From: the human T2T-CHM13v2.0 reference genome, Homo sapiens
DNA: 64,000 bases
Direction: 5' to 3' (one strand)
Assembly: GCF_009914755.1 (NCBI RefSeq)
Contig: NC_060934.1
This document shows positions 57,059 through 64,000 of the stretch, piece after piece. Numbering within the stretch: position 1 is the stretch's first letter; each line of letters opens with the position of its first letter. The notes under the pieces are model-generated. The model was not told the origin of the DNA. It did no database searches and worked only from the letters and a program-made list of their open reading frames with translations. Position numbers and translations under genes: made by a program.

Positions 57059-60000
57059 ATGGAATGAACATACCTCAACATAATAAAAGCCACATACTAC
57101 AGACCCACAGTTAGTATCATACTGAATGGGAAAAAAACTGGAAGCTTCTTTTCAGTTTTTAGAAAGGAGGCCCACTTTCAGCATTGTTACTCAACATAGT
57201 ACTGGAAGTCTTAGCGAGAGAGATCAGATGAGAAAGAAATAAAGAGCATCTAAATCGGAAAGGAAGAAGTCAAATTATCCTTGTTTGCAGATGATATGAT
57301 CTTATATTTGGAAAAACCTAAAGACTCTACAAGAAAACTATTGGAACTGATAAGCAAATTCAGCAAGTTGCAGAACAAGAAATCAACATACAAAAATCAG
57401 TAGCATTTCTTTTTCTTTAATATACTTTAAGTTCTGGGATACATGTGCAGAACGTGCAGGTTTGCTGCACAGGTATACGCGTGCCATGGTGGTTTGGTGC
57501 ACCCATCAACCCGTCATCTACATTAGGTATTTCTCCTAATGCTATCCCTCCCCTAGCCCCCCATCCCCTGACAGGCCCTGGTGTGTGATGTTCCCCTCCC
57601 TGTGTCCATGTGTTCTCATTGTTCAACTCCTACTTATGAGTGAGAACATGTGGTGTTCGGTTTTCTGTTCCAGTTTGCTGAGAATGATGGTTTCCAGTTT
57701 CATTCATGTCCCTGCAAAGGACATGAACTCATGCCTTTTATGGCTGCATAGTATTCCATGGTATATATGTGCCACATTTTCTTTATCCAGTCTATCATTG
57801 ATGGGCATTTGGGTTGGTTCCAAGTCTTTGCTATTGTGAACAGTGCCGCAATAAACATATGCATGCATGTGTCTTTATAGTAGAATGATTTATAATCCTT
57901 TGGGTATTTACCCAGTAATGGGATTGCTGGGCCAAGTGGTATTTCTGGTTCTAGATCTTTGAGGAATCGCCACACTGTCTTCCACAATGGTTGAACTAAT
58001 TTACATTCTCACCAACAGCGTAAAAGTGTTCCTATTTCTCCACATCCTCTCCAGCATCTGTTGTTTCCTGACTTTAATGATCGCCATTCTAACTGGTATG
58101 ACATGGTATCTCATTGTGGTTTTGATTTGCATTTCTCATCATCAGTGATGATGAGTTTTTTTTTCATATATTTGTTGGCCACATAAATGTCTTCTTTTGA
58201 GAAGTGTCTCTTCATATCCTTTGCTCACTTTTCAATGGGGTTGTTTGTTTTATCTTGTAATTTGTTTAAGTTCTTTGTAGATTCCCTTTTTCAGATGGAT
58301 AGATTGCAAAAATTTTCTCCCATTCTGTAGGTTGTCTGTTCTCTCTGATGATAGTTTCTTTTGCTGTGCAGAACTCTTTAGTTTAATTAGATCCCAGTTT
58401 TCAATTTTGGCTTTTGCTGCCATTGCTTTTGGTATTTTAGTCATTAAGTCTTTGCCCATGCCTATGTCCTGAATGGTATTGCCTAAGTTTCCTTCTAGGG
58501 TTTTTATGGTTTTAGGTTTTACATTTAAGTCTTTAATACATCTTGAGTTAATATTTCTATAAGGTGTAAGGAAGGGGGTCCAGTTTCTGTTTTCTGCATA
58601 TGGCTAGCCGTTTCTCCCAACATCATTTATTAAATAGGGAATCCTTTCCCCATTGCTTGTTTGTGTCAGGTTTGTCAAAGATCAGATGGTTGTAGATTTG
58701 TGCTATTATTTCTGAGCTCTCTGTTCTGTTCCATTGGTCTGTAGATCTGTTTTGGTACCAGTACCATGCTGTTTTGATTACTGTAGCCCTGTAGTATAGT
58801 TTGAAGTCAGGTAGCGTGATGCCTCCAGCTTTGGTCTTTTTGCTTAGGATTGTCTTGGCTATGCAGGCCCTTTTTTGGTTCCATATGGAATTTAAAGAAT
58901 TTTTTTTTTTCTAATTCTGTGAAGAAAGTCAATGGTAGCTTGATGGGGATAGCATTGCCTCTATAAATTACTTCGGGAAGTATGGCCATTTTCACGGTAT
59001 TGATTCTTCCTATCCATGAGCATAGAATATTTTTCCATTTGTTTGTGTCCTCTCTTATTTCCTTGAGCAGTGGTTCTATATGCCAGCAGTGAACAATCTG
59101 AAAAGGAAATTTTAAAAGTATTCTCAGTTATAATAGCCACAAGTAAAATTAAGTACCTAGGAATTAACAAACAAAGAAGTGAAAGATCTCTACAGTGAAA
59201 ACTATAAAACACTGAAGAAGGAAATTGAAGAGGACACACACCAAAAAAATGGAAAGATATTCCATGTTCCTGATTTGGAGGAATAAATATCATTAAAATG
59301 TCTATACTACCCAAACCAAATACTACTCAAAGCAATCTACAGATTCAATGCAATCCCTATGAAAATACTAATGCCGTCCTTCATAGAAATAGGAAAAAAA
59401 TCCTAAAATTTGCATGAAATCAGAAATACCCAGAAGAGTCAAAGTTATATTGAGCAAAAATAACAAAACTGGAGGAATCATATTACCTGACTTCAAATTA
59501 TATTACACAGCTACAGTAACTAACACATCATGGTACTGGCAAAACAAACAAACAAAACAAACAACAACAACAACAAAATAAAACAGACACAAAGACCAAC
59601 GGAACAGATAGAGAACCCAGAAACAAATCCACACATCTACAGTGAACTAATTCTCAATAAAGGTGCCAAGAACATTCATTGGGGAAAAGACAGTCTTTCA
59701 ATAAATGGTGCGGGGAAAACTGGATGTTCATATGCAGAAGAATGATGCTTAATCCCTCTCTCTCATCTTATACAAAAATAAAATCAAAATAGATTAACAA
59801 TTTAAAGCTAAAACCTCAAACTGTGAAACTACCACAAGAAAACACTGGGGAAACTCTCTAGGACATTGATCTGGGCAAAACATTTCTTGAGTAATACCAC
59901 ACAAACACAGGCAACCAAAGCAAAAAATGAATAAATGGGATCACATCAAGTTAAAAAGCTTCTGCACAGCAAAAGAAACAATTAACAAAGTCAGGATACA

Positions 60001-61125
60001 ACCCATAGAATGGGAGAAAATATTTTCAAACTCTCCGTCTGACAAGGGATTAATAACGAGAATATAGAATGAGCTCAAACAACTCTACAGGAAAAAAGTA
60101 TAAGAATGTGATTTAAAAATGGGCAAAAGATCTGAATAGACATTTGTCAAAAGAAGACATACAAAATGGCAAACAGGCATATGAAAAAGTGATCAACATC
60201 ACTGATCATCAGAGAAATACAAACGCTACAATGAGATATCATCTCACCTCAGTTAAAATGGCTTTTATCCAAAAGTCAGGCAATAACAAATGCTGGCGAG
60301 GATGTGGAGAAAAGAGAACCCTCATACACTGTTGGTGGGAATGTAAATTAATGCAACCACTATGGAGAACAGTTTGAAGTTACCTCAAAAACCTGAAAAT
60401 AGTGATACCATATCATCTGGCAATCCCACTGCTGGGTGTATACCCAAAAGAAAGGAAATTAGTAAATCAAAGAGATAACTGGACTCTCATGTTTGTTGCA
60501 GCACTATTTACAATAGCCAAGATTTGGGAGCAACCTAAGTGTTCATCAACAGATGAATGGATAAAGACAATGTGATATCTATATCTAATGGATATAAATA
60601 TCCAACTATTCCACCATAAAAAGGAATGAGATCCAGTCATTTACAACAACATGGATGGAACTGGAGGTCATTATGTTAAGTGAAGTAAGCCAGGCACAGA
60701 AAGATAAACAACATATATTCTCACTTATTTGTTGCTTCTAAATATCAAAATATCCAAACTATTAAACTCATTGAGATAGAGAGGAGAAGGATGGTTACAA
60801 CGCTGGGAAGGGTCGTGATGGGGGCAGAGAGGTGGGGACGGTTAATGGGCACAAAAAAAAAATTAGAAAGAATGAGTGAGACCTAATACTTGATAGCACA
60901 ACAGGAAGACTGTAGTCAATAATAATTTAATTGTACATTTAAAAATAACTAAAAGAGTATAATTGGATTGTTTGTACCCCACAAAGGATAAATGCTTGAG
61001 GGGATGAATACCCAACTTTCTGTGATGTGATTATTACACTTTGCATGTCTGTATCAAAAAATATCATGTACCTTATAAACATATACAGCTACTATGTACC
61101 CGGAAAAATTATTAAAAAATAAAAA
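57059..61125 (+). mobile_element. 5'-truncated L1MA2-like element (ORF2 + 3' UTR), interrupted by L1PA7
   Basis: ORF2 RT-region sequence (tccttgtttgcagatgatatgatc = LFADDMI) resumes at ~59076 (ctatatgcc). 3' UTR gcttgaggggatg; cattctat on both flanks. Confidence 0.92.
57411..59075 (-). mobile_element. 5'-truncated L1PA7-like element nested antisense in L1MA2
   Basis: tactttaagttctgggatacatgtgcagaacgtgcagg ... ccctcccctagcccccca; ORF2 remnant ORFs 57700-57987 and 58807-58995. Confidence 0.93.
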
Positions 61126-61619
61126 TCATTCTATTCTGTATTTTTATCAATAAATTGAGATTTAAAATATCATTTTCCCATATAAAACTTCCATATATAA
61201 TTATAGCTGAATAATACAATACAACAAATGTAAAAATCAACTACACACTGTACATCAGAATAGTCTAACATCCTGTTTCCAACTGGATAGATGTCCTAAT
61301 TTATTCTCCATGTTGTGTAATTTTTCTGTCTCACACATATTGCTTTGAGATAGTTACTAATCAATGTAAGAATCTGAAGAAAACTTCTTTGTTTCCAGGT
61401 CTTCATAATACTAAAACTTTTAAAGGAGACAGGCTGTGTTGTCTATGGGAAGGCTTGGGGTGGGGGAGATAAACAAGCCAGTGTTACTTGTCTGTTTTGA
61501 TTAAAGATATCAAAAAACAGATTAAGGGTCTTTCATCTGTGCTGTGTAGGCTCAGATGCTGACAGTTATAGGGAGGACCCTCCCTCTGAGCATGGTAGCA
61601 AATGTCTGGGCATAGGAAT

Positions 61620-61860
61620 GGCATAGCAAATTTCAGACTCAGATGCATAAATTAGAGTCTGATTTCTCCATTTATTAACTGTATGCTTTTTACAGATTTG
61701 TGACATGACTAAGCCTTAATTTTCTCATCCATAAATGGATCCATACAACATGGGATTGTTTAATCATGAAATCAAATAACACACAAGTAAAATGCTTAAC
61801 ATGGTACTTGGTGCATAATAAGTCCTCAGTAAAGGATAGCTTTATTACTATTGTTATTTC
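61620..61860 (+). mobile_element. MIR
   Basis: aagccttaattttctcatccataaatgg ... taaaatgcttaac...ttggtgcataataagtcctcagtaaa. Confidence 0.7.
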
Positions 61861-63239
61861 CATCTGTATTTTAGAGGTACGTAATACAAAATTCAAGAAT
61901 CCCTTAATCTTTTAGCTTTTTATTCCTTCTTTGACAACACCCTGGAAATGTTAAGTAACTTACACTGTTTTAAGTTCCTTTGAATATTTTTAAAGGATGA
62001 TTTTTCAGACTTTGCAGAAGAGAAACTAGGATCACATATACGGTGACTTGTTCAAGACTATTCTGTAGGTTCCTAATAGAAATATCCTTTGTATTCTGCA
62101 GCTCTTTCTCCCCCACACTGTGCTTCTTTTCATGAATACCAAAATTAAATCAAAGTTGAAACATTAACCAGAGAAAAGCTTTTATTGTTGCTTTTTCCCT
62201 TTTCTGAAAAGAAATCTAATAGCCACAGTGAAGATGTAACCATCGCGATAACTTAGCGTGTTTGACAGGCCCTCCCTACCTCTTCTCAGTTGTTAGAAAG
62301 GATGCCCACCCAGATTTTTTTTTCATTCATGAAAGACTGTCTAGTGGAAGTTGGAAAAATAAAGTGGGGTCATGAATTTGTTTATAAAGGCTATTTAATT
62401 ATAAGATAAATTAAAAATTGCCTAGGATTTTTAATGTGGGTGGCTGGTCTTTGATGAATGTTGTCTTTGCAAATATTCCCAATGATAGTAGTAGAAGCGA
62501 GTGTGGATGCCACCATCGCATTTATGTTGTGAATGGGATCTTCTTGACACCCATGTTTTCACAGAGTATTGCAGATTCTTTCTGCAGGAAAAAGGGTGGG
62601 AAAAGCCTGAGCTACAGCACTGCTAATGTTAGCACTTCTTTATATAGACAGATCCTGCTAAACCTGCACATTTTTAAGTCCTGTATTTGCTATGACAATA
62701 ACATTTTTCCTCCCATCATAGAATTCACCTTATTAGGCAAAAGCTGCATGGTGCACACCTCCAGAGTTTTATTTTAAAGCTTTGCTACTGTATTAGTGGC
62801 AAAGATCACTGTAAAGGAAAACAGAGGATTCTAGTAAGAGAATGTAGGTGAACCAGAATGGTTGATGAAAATACTGCCAGAGCAAGTGTGATTCTGTTTC
62901 TTCTTCTTTTTCTTTTTTCTTCTTTTTTAATGGAACCAGTTTGTAATGTCACTGCTCTGATTCAAACAATTGTATATGTAGCCCATGCTCAGGGAGAAAA
63001 ATCTATGAGGTCCAAGACAGAAAAGTCAGCTTACATTTTGCACTCAAAGATTGTCCATGCTATAGTTATCTGCCCATGAAAGGCTATTTGTAAACAGAAT
63101 AAATCATTCTTTATGCTATTGGCCCTAAACTTCTCATGATTTTCTGAATATTCTAGACTAAAAGATGCTGCACTTTCATGTCTCTGTGCTCCCCGCTCCT
63201 CCACTAGAATTCTGTCTCCCTCCCCTACTCTTTTTCCTC

Positions 63240-63660
63240 TGCTGCTTCTGCCTTTTGAACTATTATTTGTACTTTAAAGCACAACTCAAGTGTCATCTGT
63301 AGCCTCTTCTGTTGACATTTCCCCCTACTTCACCTTTGGTCAACTCCTGTATCTTGAACATGTGTCTCTAATTCTGCTTTTTACTATAAACTTTAAATAA
63401 ATGCTTTCTTTCCCAAGTAAATTTATTTGACTCTTTTCATCCTCTATTTCTAGCCAGCCATGGGCAATTGCCTGACTCCCATTGCACCATATACATACCT
63501 CTATCGCTGAACTATTGGTTTATAATTGGGAATTTTTCTAGGCACATCTATCCTCTCTATTAGGCTATACATCCCTTAAATGTGTAGGAGCTCTTATTTT
63601 TATTCCCATTGTGCTGTTAGCACCTAGCATGTGGTGGACTCTCCGTAAGTGGTTGTTAAG
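63240..63660 (+). mobile_element. L2 fragments
   Basis: aactcaagtgtcatct ... tagcacctagcatgtg. Confidence 0.5.
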
Positions 63661-64000
63661 GGAAGAGATTGTTTTAATAACTGTGGTGGCCCAGGATGTA
63701 GTACAGTGGCTGGAAATGGCAGGAGCTAGATAAATATTTTCTGACTTCAATTAGCCTGCTTTCTATTAGAATGGCACTTAGCAAGAAGTGTAATGGGTAT
63801 AGACATACATGGCAGCAGGTGAGAAATGAGAGGAAGGTCTTTCAGTCATTGCAAGTAGGCAAGTAGATTTTTAGGCTTAGCAGTCTCTTTCTGAGGTCTG
63901 TTGAAGGAACCTAAACCCTTTGGATTAAAGGAAATCTGTTATAAATGTCTATGACCAAGGAAGTAGTATTGATTGGTTTAAGATTGCTTAACTTCCCTGA

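Noticed and set aside
62728-62737. CArG boxes (also 790-799, 9610-9619, 61729-61738) as SRF enhancers for a smooth-muscle gene
   Set aside because: About 4-5 CC(W)6GG matches are expected by chance in 64 kb of this composition; two lie inside repeats.
62418-63079. 119-aa and 73-aa ORFs in unique sequence as PRKG1 exons or a new gene
   Set aside because: No similarity to PKG-I or any domain I recognise; lengths compatible with chance.

Overview
AT-rich, repeat-dense primate (almost certainly human) genomic DNA with no intact protein-coding exon. Two landmarks identify it: the MIR605 hairpin at 6207-6289 (+) and a disabled, intronless retrocopy of RSU1 at ~26423-27401 (+). From recall, that pair lies in a large intron of PRKG1 on human chr10q, with the host transcribed on this + strand; no PRKG1 exon is recognisable here. 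The rest is layered transposon history: L1 (L1M/L1MA/L1PB/L1PA), Alu J/S/Y, MIR and L2, MaLR solo LTRs (THE1, MST, MLT1), and DNA transposons (MADE1, MER2, Tigger3). Nearly all ORFs in the track are Alu/L1 translations or chance ORFs. I found no new multi-gene system. The most interesting observations are structural: (1) the MIR605 inverted repeat extends to ~138 nt, beyond the recalled precursor; (2) a templated-insertion scar at 44905-44969 whose filler matches sequence ~635 bp downstream; (3) a ~70-bp L1 insertion carrying an apparent 18-nt 3' transduction; (4) nested antiparallel L1s forming a ~1.3-1.5 kb inverted repeat with a ~130-nt loop; (5) an 82-bp ungapped local duplication. Repeat subfamily calls and database identities come from memory of consensus sequences, not from searches.
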